Of a stretch of 64,000 nucleotides of DNA, positions 1-14,324 are shown one piece after another (position 1 is the stretch's first letter; every line of letters begins with the position of its first letter). This stretch comes from Octopus sinensis (taxonomy: Eukaryota), in contig NC_043006.1 in the NCBI RefSeq assembly GCF_006345805.1, positions 11,098,001-11,162,000 on the forward strand, read 5' to 3'. The notes beneath the pieces were generated by a model. That model was given only the letters and a program-made list of their open reading frames with translations. It was not told the origin of the DNA and ran no database searches. A program made the translations under genes and the position numbers.

Positions 1-674
1 ATATCTATGAATATTTATCCTTGTATGTAGGCATGTATGTATACATATATGTATATATATATATATTTATGTATATGCCTTTATATGGCTATATATCTAT
101 ATATTTTTTTATATCTATCCCAAGAGGTTTTATACAAACATACACATATATATGTATATGTAAGCATGTATGTATGCATATATCTATTGTGTAGAGGATA
201 GGTGTATGACGGAAGAAATTTGATAGGCACAACATGAAAGTAAATTACATGTTGTTTTGTATATTTGTTCGTTCTCATTTATGTTTTTCTATTTATTTTT
301 CTTTTTTTATTTTTCCTTATTTTTGTTTCTTTATGTTTCCATTTCTTTCGTAAAGGCAACCATTTGTAAATCACTTGCACTACTTTTCGGAATTAAATTC
401 TGTGATATTTCGTTTCATGCCTGATTGAAGGATATAGAGGTAGTCATGCCTGAAACTGTTATGGCTTGTAGAGGGAGCTGAACACAGATTAAAGTTGAAG
501 CAGTACACTTAGTACAGATATTTTCCCTCACCATTCAGATTAGTGTTCGACAGATTGCTTAAGATTAGTCTTCAACACTGGTTTTAACTACGAAGATTTA
601 CATATACCGATACATTAGCCGATTATTTTTGGTTGTTGTTGTTGCTGTTGTTGTTTTTGTTGTTGTTCTTTGCT

Positions 675-895
675 AAGGCGGCGAGCTGGGAGAGTCGTTA
701 GTAGGCTTGATGACGAAATGCTTAGCGGTATTTCGCCTGTCTTTATGTTCTGAGTTCAAATTCCTCTATGGTCGACTTTGCCTTTCATCCTTTCGAGCTC
801 GAAAAAATTAAGTACCAATGTAACACTGAGATCGATGTAATCGAGTTATCCCCTCTCCAAAATGGCTGCCCATGTGGCAAATTATGAAATCATTA
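675..895 (+). mobile_element. SINE family B, monomer (tRNA-like head GGCGGCGAGCTGGCAGAA, B box GAGTTCAAATTCC)
   Basis: Matches the many other B copies in the window; flanked by (GTT)n. Confidence 0.85.
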
Positions 896-912
896 TTGTT
901 GTTGTTGTTGTT

Positions 913-1340
913 AAGGCGGCTCGCTGGCAGAATCGCTAGCACGCTGGAAGAAATGGTTAGCGGTATTTCACCCGAAAAGCAGAAACGTTAGCACGCCGGG
1001 CGAAATGCTTAGCGGTATTTCGTCTGCGTTACGTTGTGAGTTCAAATTTCGCCGAGGTCGACTTCGCCTTTCATCCTTTCGGGGTCGATAAAATTAAGTA
1101 CCAGTTACGCACTGGGTCGATGTAATCGACTTAATAACTATGTCTGTCCTTGTTTGTCCCCTCTGTGTTTAGCCCCTTGTGGGTAATAAAGAAATAGGTA
1201 TTTCACCCGTTCTCAGTTCAATTTTCTACGAGGTCGGCTTTGCCTTTCATTTGTTCGGGGCCGATAAAGTAAATACCAGGGAAATGCTGGTCCCGCCCCA
1301 CGAATTTGAGGCCTTTTTGCTTCCAGTAGAAAGGATTATT
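913..1340 (+). mobile_element. SINE family B, duplicated head plus two body units
   Basis: Head, unit, spacer ending aaagaaatag|gtattt, terminal unit, then (ATT/GTT)n tail. Confidence 0.85.
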
Positions 1341-1401
1341 ATTACTATTATTATTGTTACTGTTGTTGCTGTTGTTGCTGCTGTTGTTGTCGTTTTTGTT
1401 G

Positions 1402-1482
<81 letters not shown>

Positions 1483-1485
1483 CAG
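1335..1485. repeat. (ATT)n/(GTT)n microsatellite
   Basis: Direct reading; source of ORF 1179..1490. Confidence 0.95.
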
Positions 1486-1611
1486 GCTAGCTGTCCAAAT
1501 ATCGTTCGTGTTGCCTATTATTATTAATATTATTGTTGTAGTTGTTGTTGTCATTCTTTTTTCTACTTCTTGTTCTTCTCCTCTTTCATCTTCTTCAACA
1601 AATTATCTGAT

Positions 1612-1679
<68 letters not shown>

Positions 1680-1981
1680 ACATACATACATGTATCAGAT
1701 AATTTGTTGTTAACAGGAAAAACAAAACACAAGTAAAAAGAGAACTTATCTCATGAACTCCTGACTGAAAAGTTGGCAACATCATTGGCACCAAGAACTG
1801 CTAGCGATATCCTCTGCCTCTTCGACCTTATATTACCGATTTCTTTCCTCGGGCGCCCTCGCCCCTACAGGGAAGAGTGTCAGTTCAGGGATTGATATCA
1901 TCGGAAATCTTAATAGTAACCAGCGGCAAAACTAATATATATATATATTAATAATTGGTATCTTATATACATTAATGATTG

Positions 1982-2273
1982 TTGTTGTTAGTTCCTTCTC
2001 GAGACATACTTGGCTCATAAGGGCCGGTTTCCCGGTTTCATTGGCGTATAGGTTCCTCACCTGTACGGGACGCCATTCCGTCGCAGGTGTCCTGCTAAAT
2101 CAGAAGGAAAGAATGGGAGAATGTTGTGGCGAAAGAGTCAGCAGGAGTTCGCCATTATCTTCTGCCAGAGCCACATGGAGCGTAGATGTTTCGCTCATAA
2201 ATACACAAACACGGTCTGAATTTCGAACCGCGAGTCCGTGGCTCTAACCACTAGGCCATGTGCCTCCACTCGA
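1982..2273 (-). mobile_element. SINE family C (tRNA-like head), tail type 2
   Basis: Reverse complement of the 61758-62065 copy; 13-bp TSD ACATTAATGATTG at 1969-1981 and 2274-2286. Confidence 0.9.
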
Positions 2274-2483
2274 ACATTAATGATTGGTATCTTATAATCT
2301 TCCGCTTCACTGCGTTTTGAGTGATAGCTGTGAGTTTAAGGCCAACAGGAGAAGGTTGGTACTGGAGATTATATCACAAAAAGTAATGCTTCCTGTAGGG
2401 ATTCGATCGAAAAGGACATTTTCCATTCCGGACTCGAAGTCGAGATTAACATACACGCACACACACGCACACACACACACCAC

Positions 2484-2536
<53 letters not shown>

Positions 2537-2825
2537 CTGATCAATTAGCTGTCGTCGTCGTCGTGTTAGTGAACATGCTGATGGTAGTCGCCGTTGTCTT
2601 CGTCGTGGCGGTCACGGGGAAACGGCGGTAGAGATAGAAGTGGTGATGGTGCTTTATGTTGCTGTTATTGACATAGTATTTTGTTGGTGGTGGTGATGCC
2701 ATTCGCTCTGAGTGAACCCTCACCGAGCAGAACTGCGAACGAAAATATCCCAGCACTGATCGTCACTATACGATGAGGAACATTTCGTTCCTCTTTCAAA
2801 CAAATCGAGATATCGCGTACTAACT

Positions 2826-3140
2826 AACTGGCACTCCGTCGGTTCCGACGGCGGGGCTTACAGTTGATACCGATCAACGGAACAGCCTGGTCGTGAAATT
2901 AACGTGCAAGTGACTGAACACTCCACAGACACGTGTGCCCTTAACGTAGTTCTCGTGTAGTTCAGCGTGACACAGAATGTGACAAGGACGACTTTGAAAT
3001 ACAGGTATTACTAATTTTTGCCATGAGTGGACTGGAGCAACGTGAAATAAAGTGACTCGCTCAAGGACACAACGCGCCGCCAAGCATCGAACTGGCGACC
3101 TTACGATCGTTCGCCGATTACCCTAACCACTAAGCTACGA
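2826..3140 (-). mobile_element. SINE family D (tRNA-like head, GTGTCCTTGAGC CORE-like box)
   Basis: Homologous to 36603-36885 and 44399-44706; minus-strand head GTAGCTTAGTGGTTAGGG...AGTTCGATG. Confidence 0.85.
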
Positions 3141-4319
3141 GTATAGACTCACTATAGAACCAGTGCTGTCTTTCGGCAACTGGTTGTAGAGATTCTACAC
3201 TATATTTATAAAGTTGATTACACATGAAGCAGTTACTCGGAATTTAGAGGCCCAGTGCTGATCCATGTACGCTGTAGTTGCATATATACTACCCCAGTGC
3301 ATTGCTATGCGCAGGTGTATATAACGGTATTAAAATGGCCCTGATTACATCTATGCAAATGTCTAGTAGTAACGATGTAACTGACGGCTTTTAAACGAGA
3401 CGACATTGTGTGTGTATGTATAAGATAGTAACGATGCCACAATAGAAACTAATTGAATATATAAAGCAGTAATTGGTCAAGCTAGAATCTCATTGAATTA
3501 ACGTCGCTTAACGTGTTGTTGTCATGAAGTCTTTGGAATAGTGTTGATCTGTTCAGCAATACATTATCCATTCAGTCATTGACCGGCAAGAAGCAACGAC
3601 TTAATTCACTCCAGACTTGCCATACTTGATTTTAAAAGAGAGAAGGAAAACCTTAGGTAATATAGTTGATACTATGGAAACTGTGTGATTTTTTTATTAA
3701 CCATAAAGGTCTTAAATAGAGGGGACACTACAACACATTGGGGACACAAAACATCAAAAAAAAATTATCGTATGATAAGATGATAAAAAGGGTGAAACTG
3801 AGAGATAAAAGTGATGTTAACTGCCCCATCAGTTATCACTACTTGTCCATTTTTTTCTATTTTACTGCGAACACCACAAAGTCCACAAATGTGAACTCGA
3901 ATGTTTCTTCTAGTTTTCTTCTCTTTTCCGGTGCCAATGTTCCTTTTATCAATATATATTCATCCTCAAATTCCTTTTCAAGATCTTTCACCTTTGATCA
4001 CAGACGTGCTTGTGTCGTTATCATATTGAGACGTCATTTTTTTTTTTGTTGCTATTTTTCAATTATTTGAAACATCTTGTATAACGCGCAGCAATAAACT
4101 CCCAGTTTCATCAGTCCAAACCGTAATGAGACCTGTAAAACAAAACCATGAAATATTAGCAACAATAAGACACTTTTGTTACGTTCCTAAGAGCAGAAAA
4201 CCCATAAGCGGTTGTTATTTTTTTCTGACGCATTCTGTTATAAGCATTGTCTCAACGGTTTTGTCGCACAGAGTTTCCTGACTATGCTGGTCAATATTTT
4301 GCTTGGATCTAAGGGAACG

Positions 4320-4552
4320 AGATGGCAGAATCGTTAGCACGCCGGGCAAAATGTTTAGCAGCATTTCGTCTGTTTTTTTGTCCCGAGTTCAAATTCCGCC
4401 GAGGTCAGCTTTGTCTTTCATCATTTCGGGGTCGATAAAATAGGTACCAGTTGGACACTTGGGTCAGTGTAATCGACTTAGCCCCGCCATCACCCCGACC
4501 CCCACTCAGACCCAGAATTTGCTGGCCTTGTGCCAAAATTTGAAACCAATAT
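4320..4552 (+). mobile_element. SINE family B, monomer
   Basis: Head, B box, GTACCAGTT, and tail GGCCTTGTGCCAAAATTTGAAACC. Confidence 0.85.
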
Positions 4553-4656
4553 CCTACTTGGATCTAGTCACCTCTTGTTTGGTAAATTTATACACCAATG
4601 TTCAAGCGAAGAAAGAGAATTCTTGAGAAAAAATATTATCTGTTGGTGTTACTCTT

Positions 4657-4797
<141 letters not shown>

Positions 4798-5157
4798 ATC
4801 GTTTTCTACTTTTACTTGCTGAACCTGGAGGAAGAGAGAATGCACGGCCTTTCAGACCGTTTGTGACTGAAGAGATCAAAACTCTTAATGTTAGGTTTAA
4901 GCTATTTCTCAACGAAAGAAGAGGCTTGAATCGTAGTTTAATTTTGTTTAAGTCCTTCCTGTTCGAGCACTCCTATCGTCCGACGAGAGGCGTCCCTGTT
5001 GTCTTTGTCCAGATTTTTTAAACAACTAAAACTACATTAACTAAAATCTGCTCTGCGATATGAGGAAAATTTAGCAGCTATTTCTAGTAGGTCGACCAAC
5101 CACTTAGAGGTGTATTCATTGACTGGAATCAATGCATCATTTTTTGTAGTTGCTGTT

Positions 5158-5536
5158 GCTGTTGCTGTTGAGCGAACGGTCTTCGTCCCAGAGCTCGCAA
5201 GATGGGAGAAGTCCGAAACGTGGTCCTTTGCTATTCGTAAGACTCGCAGAAGAGAAAGCAGGTCAACCTTCGACACCGAGAGCATCGACGGATGAATGAA
5301 TGCGCATCCAGGCGCAGCGGTTGCGTAGGAAGTCGGGGACAAGAAACAGGAAGAACAAGTGAGAGAAAGTTGGGACGAAAGAGTATAACAGGGGTCGCCA
5401 CCACCCCCTGCCGGAGCCTCGTGGAGCTTTAGGTGTTTTCGCTCAATAAACACACACAACGCCCGGTCTGGGGATCGAAACCGCGATCCTCCGACCGCGA
5501 GTTCGCTGCTCTAACCATTGGGCCATTGTACCTCCA
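5158..5536 (-). mobile_element. SINE family C, tail type 3 ending in (CAACAG)n
   Basis: Head shared with the 51254 copy; 14-bp TSD TTGTAGTTGCTGTT at 5144-5157 and 5537-5550. Confidence 0.9.
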
Positions 5537-5805
5537 TTGTAGTTGCTGTTATCGCCCTTGCTGATTTCGATGATGTGCTGAAATGAACCAAGGAGAAACT
5601 GATAATTAACAAAATTTCTATAAAACGTTCGTGTTACAGCGACAAAACTAGGGGAAAAGAACAACGCTTTTCGAAAGATATCCTTTGTGATATTTGTTCT
5701 GTCCCGAGATAGGGAGACTTACTTGTCACTTCGACAGTGAATTAGTGAGTAGCTTGTTGGAAACGTGTAACCAACGATACTATTTATTTTCAATGACGTC
5801 ATATC

Positions 5806-6221
5806 TCTTTACTCTTTTACTCATTTACTTGTTTCAGTTATTTGACTGCGACCATGCTGGAGTACTTCCTTTAGTCGAGCAAATCGACCCCAGGACTTAT
5901 TCTTTGGAAGCCTAGTACTTATTCTATCGGGAACCTTTTACCGAACCGCTAAATTACGGGGACGTAAACACATCAGCATCGGTTGTCAAGCGATGTTGGG
6001 GGGACAAACACAGACACGCAAACAAATACACACACATACATATATATATACATATATACGACGGGATTCTTTCAGTTTCCGTCTACCAAATCCACTCACA
6101 AGGATTTGGTCGGCCCGAGGCTATAGTAGAAGGCACTTGCCCAAGGTGCCACGCAGTGGGATGAACCCGGAACCATGTGACTCATAAGCAAGCAACTTAC
6201 CACACAGCCACTCCTACGCCT
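5806..6221 (-). mobile_element. SINE family A, full length (tRNA head, TTGGGCAAGTGTCTTCT box, internal (TA)(TG)n, (AAAGAGT)n tail)
   Basis: Reverse complement of the 28567 and 38289 copies. Confidence 0.9.
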
Positions 6222-7499
6222 ATATAGGTAAAAAAAAAAAAAACTAGTAAACGTTGAATTCTGGAAGCGCATGAAACACTGATCCATAGTGCAATGCTCC
6301 CACTGTTTTCAATTAGTGTATTGACTTGATAAAAGCAAGATTTCCATTGGATAAAAATCAATCGCCTTGACCAATCGTGACGCGTACCTAAGCTATTAGT
6401 TCAGTAATAACTTGGAAGTGGAAATGTATTTGGCTTTGTTGTAAATATTAGCTTCGTTTATGAAAGATATCATTAACCAGCAAAGACTGAATAGTTTACG
6501 AAGTCATTAGACTTTCTCTTGAAAATTTTGATTTGCTGCCAAAATCATGTATTCAAGGATAAATGAATGCGCGGACAATATGTGTTCAAACTTGAGTTAG
6601 CGGATTACATGCTGAATGTGAGTTCAAAGTTTAGCTGTAGCTCTTCTCCAAAACAGTTGACCAATCATAACACCTTTCAATAATACAGATCACATTGTAT
6701 TGTTTTGTTTTTTATTATCATGTATTTTGTAATTCTTGGTTATATATTTATCGATTATTGCTTTCTGTTTTTAGCAACAACTCCACAGACATCGGGTTCC
6801 AAAAAAAAAAAACAAAAAAATCTGATTAATAATGGTAATCCCGTTTGTTCTTTATCGGAATCGTAGATTATGGTTTGCACTGCAGAAATCAGTTATCGAT
6901 TTGTTTTTCGCAGGAATTTAATTAATAGCTATTAGAAATTGCTCGACATCAAAGACATTTCTTGTCTCTTTTCTTTTGTTAGCATAACTCTCTCTTTTCC
7001 TTTTTTAATGGGCGAGAGAGGGAATAAAACGGACAGTATTACGAGTATTATTTTTATAAATTAAACTTATCAACATTCTCAACAAATATAGAATAGTCTG
7101 CCATATGTAGCGCTGCGATATATGGCACTAAGGAACAGTTTAGTAGTTATGCATTACTAAGTGCTCGTCAAGTGTATGCTAATAGCATATAATTTTAAAT
7201 ACTTTTGATATGGTATTCTAAATAGTAACTTGATATAATATTCAATAATGCTTTATAATGATTTAAATGCTGCTTATGGCAAACATGGCTTTACGTAACC
7301 TTCTGTTGAATGCTCCGCGATATGATTCACTGGAGGTTTTCTTTTGACTGACAGCAAACGTTAAAAGTGAAAACATATTTGAATATTTTTCATTGCATTG
7401 TATTCGCTATGATATATTTCTCTCCCGAATGAACAGATTATACGTGAATTTGCATGAATATATACCTATACACACATACACACACTCACATACACACAA

Positions 7500-7556
<57 letters not shown>

Positions 7557-7559
7557 GTA

Positions 7560-7640
<81 letters not shown>

Positions 7641-7968
7641 TAAATTTAAAAATAAGGATAAAATCTTTATAAGAAATTATCAGTAGTTAGCGTGAAAAAC
7701 CTCGTAAGAGAAAAAATCTGTAAATTTTTTCAACTTTGAAAATACTTATTTATATCATATAGAGGGTACTATTATTCATAGGTACCGCACGCTAGGAAAG
7801 ACTTTTGCAGTCAAAACTACTAAAATAAACAAATTGTACCGAATGCAATACTTCAAAGCTAGTCATTTAAAAACAGAATTTAGTTACATATCACCTGTGA
7901 TTTCGCATTCAATGCAGAATATGCATTCTATGCTCTCCAGTGCAACGAACTCAAGATATATAAGAAAA

Positions 7969-8006
<38 letters not shown>

Positions 8007-8417
8007 TAAAAATGGTAAGATAACAAAAGAAAGAAAGAGACCTCAATATTATGTAAATAGAGGACATTTATCTGTAAAAATATGTGACAATTATTCAATA
8101 GTCAAGATAAAACTCTGAGTTTCGGATGCCGAGGTGGAAATCCACACCACCATCTCTGAGATTTCTGTATGTACCATTGATAGACTCCACTAACGTCATT
8201 TTATAGTCCCTGGTGATATCTCTATGCTAATGAAGACAGTCATTAGTAAAGATAAGTTCATACTAAATTTGACTAACAGATCTAGGTTCCACGTGGTACT
8301 CACGTATTTACTCTTCTACCAAATACGTTCTATTCATAGGTACGCCCAGGAGATGACTAGATTGTAAAGACTAGCAATGAAGTAGCATCGTCATAGAGAA
8401 TAATTATTATTATCACA

Positions 8418-8630
8418 AAGGCGGCGAGCTGCCAGACTCTTTTGCTTAGCGGCATTTCGTCCGTCCCTCTTTATGTTTTGAGTTCAAATTTCGACGAGGC
8501 CGATTATGCCTTTCATTATTTCGGGGTCAATAAGTTAAATACCAGTTGAGCACTTGGGGGAGGGTCGATGTAATCGACATATCCCACCGCAGAAATTGCT
8601 GGCCTTGTGCCAATATTTGAAACTAATAAT
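8418..8630 (+). mobile_element. SINE family B, monomer
   Basis: Head and tail present; runs directly into the (ATC)n tract. Confidence 0.85.
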
Positions 8631-9070
8631 ATCATCATCACTATCATCATCGTTATTATCACCAGCATCGTTGTCATCGTCGTCGTCATCATCCTCATTA
8701 TCATCTTCGATATCATCATTATAATTACCATCATTATCATTGTAATTATCCTGCTCTTTATCGTGGACATTATAATCATCATCATCGTCGTCGTTATCGT
8801 CGTCATCGTTATAGCAACCATCATCAAAATCATTATTTCATAAATTACCATCATTGTCATTGCAATTATCTTTAATTTCATCGTCATCATCATCATCATC
8901 ATCATCGTCGTCGTCATCATCATCATCATCATGACCATCATCACCATCACCATCATCACCATCATCATCATCACCATCACCATCATCATCATCATCATCA
9001 TCATCACCATCATCATCGTCATCGTCGTCGTCGTCATCATCATCACCATCATCCCCATCATCAACATCAT

Positions 9071-9102
<32 letters not shown>

Positions 9103-9280
9103 TCAGCATCACCATCATCATCATCATCACCATATCATCATCATCATCATCATCATCACCATCATCATCATTAGCAGCAGCAGCAGTATCATCATCATCA
9201 TCATCCTCATCATCGTCTTCGTTGTCGTCATCATCATCATCACCATCATCATCACCATCATCACCATCATCATCATCGTT
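8628..9280. repeat. Degenerate (ATC/GTC/ACC)n triplet tract
   Basis: Direct reading; source of the poly-D/M/I/S ORFs. Confidence 0.95.
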
Positions 9281-9779
9281 ATCGAGTATCAGAACCGTGC
9301 TGATTCCTTTTAGCCAAAATATCATAGCCTGTTTAGTTTCTCTATTTGATTACAATTCTTTGCATTATATTTTATTTCCAACATTTATGACAAGCAACAG
9401 TATTTTTAACAATTCGATATAACCACATATAATAAATTCGAATGAAATCTCTAAATAAATGTGTAAAGCCAACGTCGTTGTTTGGTTTCTGTCTTTCAGA
9501 GACTACAATTTACGTTTCTTCCTCGTGTACACTCCCGACTTTACAGATCATTAATGACGCAAGCTGAATGACGTCATAAACTGAGGGATTACCAAATGCT
9601 GCTGGCTAGGAAATTTGTTAATAAATAAACTGTTGATAACATTAACAGCTTTCTCTGCACCAACAGACGTAGATGTCTGTAGAAATGGAAATTCAAATAG
9701 TATTTCACAATATATGCATATACAAACGGAAAATACCATTGGAAGTGTCTCCCTCGTACTATTAGAATTATATTAAAAA

Positions 9780-10177
9780 CTAGCAGTATCGCCCGGCGTT
9801 GCTCGGGTTTGTAAGGGAAATAACTATAAAAGCATTTTTAGAGATGTAAAGTATAATAGCCATCTCAACATGGCTAACCACAAAGGGGGGGTGTTACTGT
9901 AGCTTTTTACGTTCTGAGATTTAATAATAAATTTTTAGAGAGTTACTTCCCTTATATATGCCAAAAATGCATTAAAAATGGGAAAAATTGATGGTAAATT
10001 TTTTTTTTTAAATCGTCGACTCATCGTAGACGCGCGCTAATACCCAGAAGGGCTCGATATGAATCACGACTATAAGATACTCGGTTTTGGTTAAACTGCA
10101 CCGCAAAATGTGGGAGTAGTTAGGAATATAAATCGTAGGAGACAAACAGCACACAACCTCACTTTTATATATAAAGA
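9780..10177 (-). mobile_element. Non-autonomous Helitron
   Basis: Minus strand starts TCTTTATATATAAAAG, ends hairpin ACCCGAGCAACGCCGGGC then CTAG; inserted between A and T with no TSD. Confidence 0.85.
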
Positions 10178-10441
10178 TATATTCTACACGTTTACATTGA
10201 CTTCTGCCATTTACAGCTTCTAGTGAAGCGACAGTAAAATAACAAAGACCACGTTATATTTTTATTTCACATCAGCGCTACAAACTACAGCGCTCATGGT
10301 ACATACTCGCGCATGCTCACACACATACACACATACAAACATACATACATACATACATACATACGTACGTACATACATACATACATACATACATACACAC
10401 ATACATACATACACACATACATACATACATACATATATACA

Positions 10442-10476
<35 letters not shown>

Positions 10477-10951
10477 GTATGTGGTCGTCGTGGTCGAATA
10501 ATCTTTAATGGCGGTGCCCCAGCTTGGCCACAGCTTGTGAGCTGAAACTAGATAAATAAATAAAAATATATATATATGTATATGTATATATATATATGTG
10601 TGTGTATATATATATATCTATATATATAGTGGCGAGAAGTTGAGGTTATAAGAGATAATGGCGTCATTGAGACCCAAAGGTGTCAGACAATGCCGAATAA
10701 GTGCTATAAACAGACCAAAGTTAAGTTCCAGAGTCACCTATACATATCTCACATCTATTTTCTTTCTTCCACCTCACTCTCTATTTTGTATCACATCGAA
10801 ACTAACTATGACTTAATTTTTTCCTCTCATACTTCTCCGATGAAGGGATATTATTAATTAATATCCTAGAAATACCTGTAATACCTCCTATCTATAATGC
10901 TCTAATATCTATACAGCCTTGGTTTTTTTTATCTTATTACGGAAAAAATGT

Positions 10952-11016
<65 letters not shown>

Positions 11017-11214
11017 ATATATATATATATATCATAATTGTGTGGGCAACATAACACTTTAGAAAAAACATTGATTTTATATCTAGCGTGAAGTAGACAT
11101 CTCTTCAGTTTCTCTAAACAATAACTGATCTCTGCAAAGAATGTTCTTTTTTAAACACAAGAACGCCGGTGATAGTTGAAGAAATATTTATTCCTCTTAT
11201 AAAATTATGGCAGG

Positions 11215-11600
11215 GCAAATTGTCTTCCTTTGCTTGATAGCTTGGTTTTCCAATTTCCATGGCTTCCGTACTGGAGTTCAGATAGCCTCCTGGTTCATGT
11301 GAGTTCATGAGATTATATATCTTTCTGCCGTACACAATTTACATAGTCTTGTTCCATTGTGATAGGGTCCACAACTTTCTAGTAATTTCCACCTGATGCT
11401 AAAGGGCGTATGATCGTCCTTTAGATGCCATATGTATGCTGCGAGTGTCATTATCTTGCGTCTCTCCGGGACCCTGAAAGAAAATCTGTGGTTGTTCAGG
11501 CGAATTTCAAATTTGGATTTACAAAATCCAACATAAATTTTAGTGTGTGTCCTTGTGTTGGTATGGATGTTACTGATATTTGTGCCAAATAGAACTAGAA
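11215..11600 (-). mobile_element. Penelope-like element fragment, GIY-YIG endonuclease
   Basis: Manual translation KIYVGFCKSKFEIRLNNHRFSF...TLAAYIWHLKD...IRWKLL...PY...LCKLCTAERYII, then a frameshift. Largely missed by the ORF track. Confidence 0.85.
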
Positions 11601-11709
11601 CTTTGGTCTCCTCTCACATAACGTTTTTTATTTACCATAATTATGAAGATGTTGACGGTTTTTTTAGGATTAGCAAAGGAGTAGTATGATTATATGGATG
11701 GAGTAAAAT

Positions 11710-11788
11710 TATCATGATCGTGATCGTCCTCACCATGATGATGATCATCATCATCATTACAACCAACGTCATAGTCGCCGTCATCATC

Positions 11789-11821
<33 letters not shown>

Positions 11822-11953
11822 GTCGTCGTCGTCATCGTCATCATCCTCATCATCAATATTATTATCATCGCCATCACCACCAACGTCATCGTCGTCGTTA
11901 TCATCATCATCACCATCAGCACCATCATCATCATTATCGTCGTCATCGTTGTT

Positions 11954-12002
<49 letters not shown>

Positions 12003-12135
12003 CCACCATTACCACCATTATCATCATTATCGCCGTCATCGTTGTCATCATCATCATCATTATCATCACCATCATCATCATCACTATCAGCACCATCATC
12101 AGCACCATCATCATCATTATCGTCATCATCGTTGA

Positions 12136-12166
<31 letters not shown>

Positions 12167-12530
12167 TGCATCACTACCTCTATTATCCCCGTCATTATCC
12201 TCATTATCTTCATTATTATCATAATCACTGTCATCGTAATAATTATCTCATAATTACCATCATTATCATTGTAATTATCATTATTTCTGTACGCCTTGTA
12301 GTCAGCATCAACTTCCTCCTCTTCATCATCATCATTGGCATCATCATTACTACCGCAGCTATCATCATGATTATCATCATAACCATCACACGCACCATTA
12401 TCACGATCATTATTAATATCACCATCACCATCACCATCACCAGCATCTCCACCATCCCCATCATCTTCAACAGCATCATCATTTCACTCATCAGTCATCA
12501 CTCACGAAAGCATCATCAGTTCTTTTCTCT
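11710..12530. repeat. Degenerate (ATC)n triplet tract
   Basis: Direct reading. Confidence 0.95.
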
Positions 12531-13200
12531 CTTCCACTCCTGCCTCCAATTTGCTCTTCCTTATCTTCCTACTCCTCTTCTTCCTTCTCCCCTTCCCCTC
12601 CATCCTCTTCGTCCGCCGCTTTCTTCACTTCCCTTCTTCCTTCATCCCTTCTTTCTTCGTCGCTTCCCCTCGTCCTCTTCATCTCCTCTTTCACTTCCTC
12701 TGTTTCCCTTTCCCTTTCCTCCCCGTCCTCTTCCTCCTCTATCCCTCCACCCACTCTTCATACTTTCTCTCTACCTTCTTCCTCTCTTTCATCTCCCTCT
12801 CTTCCCTTCACTCTCTTCTTCCTCTACTCCTTCCTCCTCACTATCTTTGTCCTCACTCTCTTCCTTCCTCTTCCTTTTCTTCACCCTTTTCCTTCCTCTC
12901 CCTCTTCCATATTCTCCCACATTCTCTTCCTCTCACTCCCTCTCTCCTCCTTTCTTCTCCCTCTCCTTTTCCTCTTCCTCATTCTCTTTCTCTCCCTCTC
13001 TTCCTCCTCTACTCCTTCCTCCTCACTGTCTTTGTCCCCACTCTCGTCCTTATCTCCATCTTCCTTCCTCTCCCTTTTCTTCGCCCTCTTCCTTCCTCTC
13101 CCTCTTCCTTATTCTCCCACATTCTCTTCCGCTCACTCCCTCTCTCCTCCTTTTCTTCTTCCTCATTCTCTTCCTCCTCCTTTCTCCCTCTGCTCACTGC
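12510..13200. repeat. Polypyrimidine/polypurine low-complexity tract with an internal ~185-bp duplication
   Basis: CTACTCCTTCCTCCTCACT recurs at 12824 and 13009. Confidence 0.9.
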
Positions 13201-13296
13201 TTTTCGACTGCATGCTAGTTTTGCACACATGTCACACACTGCTTTATGTATCGCCATGTTTTATTTCTTATGACGACAGAATGTCGAGTGTTAAGG

Positions 13297-13349
<53 letters not shown>

Positions 13350-13362
13350 TATATATATATCT

Positions 13363-13408
<46 letters not shown>

Positions 13409-13942
13409 ACGAAGCAGCCAAGTCTGTGATGCAGTTTACATTTCTAATAATGTTTGGATCGATACATTGCTAATCTATTGAAATCGATGAATTGCTACCA
13501 TTCTTGGATTAGATCAATAGATTGCAAATAGAGTGAGATCAATAAAATTCTAATATAATTAGTTCGATAAAATACGTAGTCATATTATGCTTAGGAATCC
13601 GGATGAGAAAATATACTCCATGGGTGTATTCCGTAGCCTAAGCTCATAAACTGCAGTAACACTGGCATGGAATATCCTCAATTTCAAAATTCTGATCAGC
13701 TGAGATCATCAAGACAATTAGTATTTAATAGTATTTAAGACCTCTCTCTAGATGTTTAAAGACTTAGAAACTGCAAACAGGGGAGATAATGCCTTAAGAT
13801 AAAGTTGATAAAAATTTCTAAAGAATGTAGACAATGAAAATTAGAATGGACCTGGTCTTTAAAGCCACGTGATAGAGTAAGGAGCATGTTACTTTCTTTT
13901 TAGCCTCGTCTGTGAAAATTATTCTACACTGTTGTCTAATAT

Positions 13943-13991
<49 letters not shown>

Positions 13992-13993
<2 letters not shown>

Positions 13994-14311
13994 TACTCTT
14001 TACTCTTTTACTTGTTTCAGTCATTTGACTGCGGCCATGCTGGAGCACCGCCTTTAGTCGAGCAACTCGACCCCGGGACTTATTCTTTGTAAGCCCAGTA
14101 CTTATTCTATATCGTCTCTTTTTTGTCGAACCGCTAAGTGACGGGGACGTAAACACACCAGCATCGGTTGTCAAGGCAATGCTAGGGGGACAAACATAGA
14201 CACACACAACACACACACACGCATATATATATATACATATATACGACGGGCTTCTTTCAGTTTCCGTCTACCAAATCCACTCACAAGGCATTGGTCGGCC
14301 CGGGCTATAGC
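13992..14311 (-). mobile_element. SINE family A, head missing
   Basis: Matches family A; cut at CTATAGCA by the (TA)n/hammerhead-bearing element at 14325. Confidence 0.9.
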
Positions 14312-14324
14312 ATATATATATATA

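Noticed and set aside
2541-2756. ORF MLGYFRSQ...TTTTTAN
   Set aside because: Composition derives from degenerate GTC/GTG triplets; no recognisable domain or splice support.
9499-9552. Acceptor-like tttcag followed by DYNLRF, resembling the GYDIRLRP motif
   Set aside because: Frame closes after 17 codons with no donor and no further similarity.
9569-9576. Perfect CRE palindrome TGACGTCA
   Set aside because: A single 8-mer is expected by chance in 64 kb; no supporting evidence.
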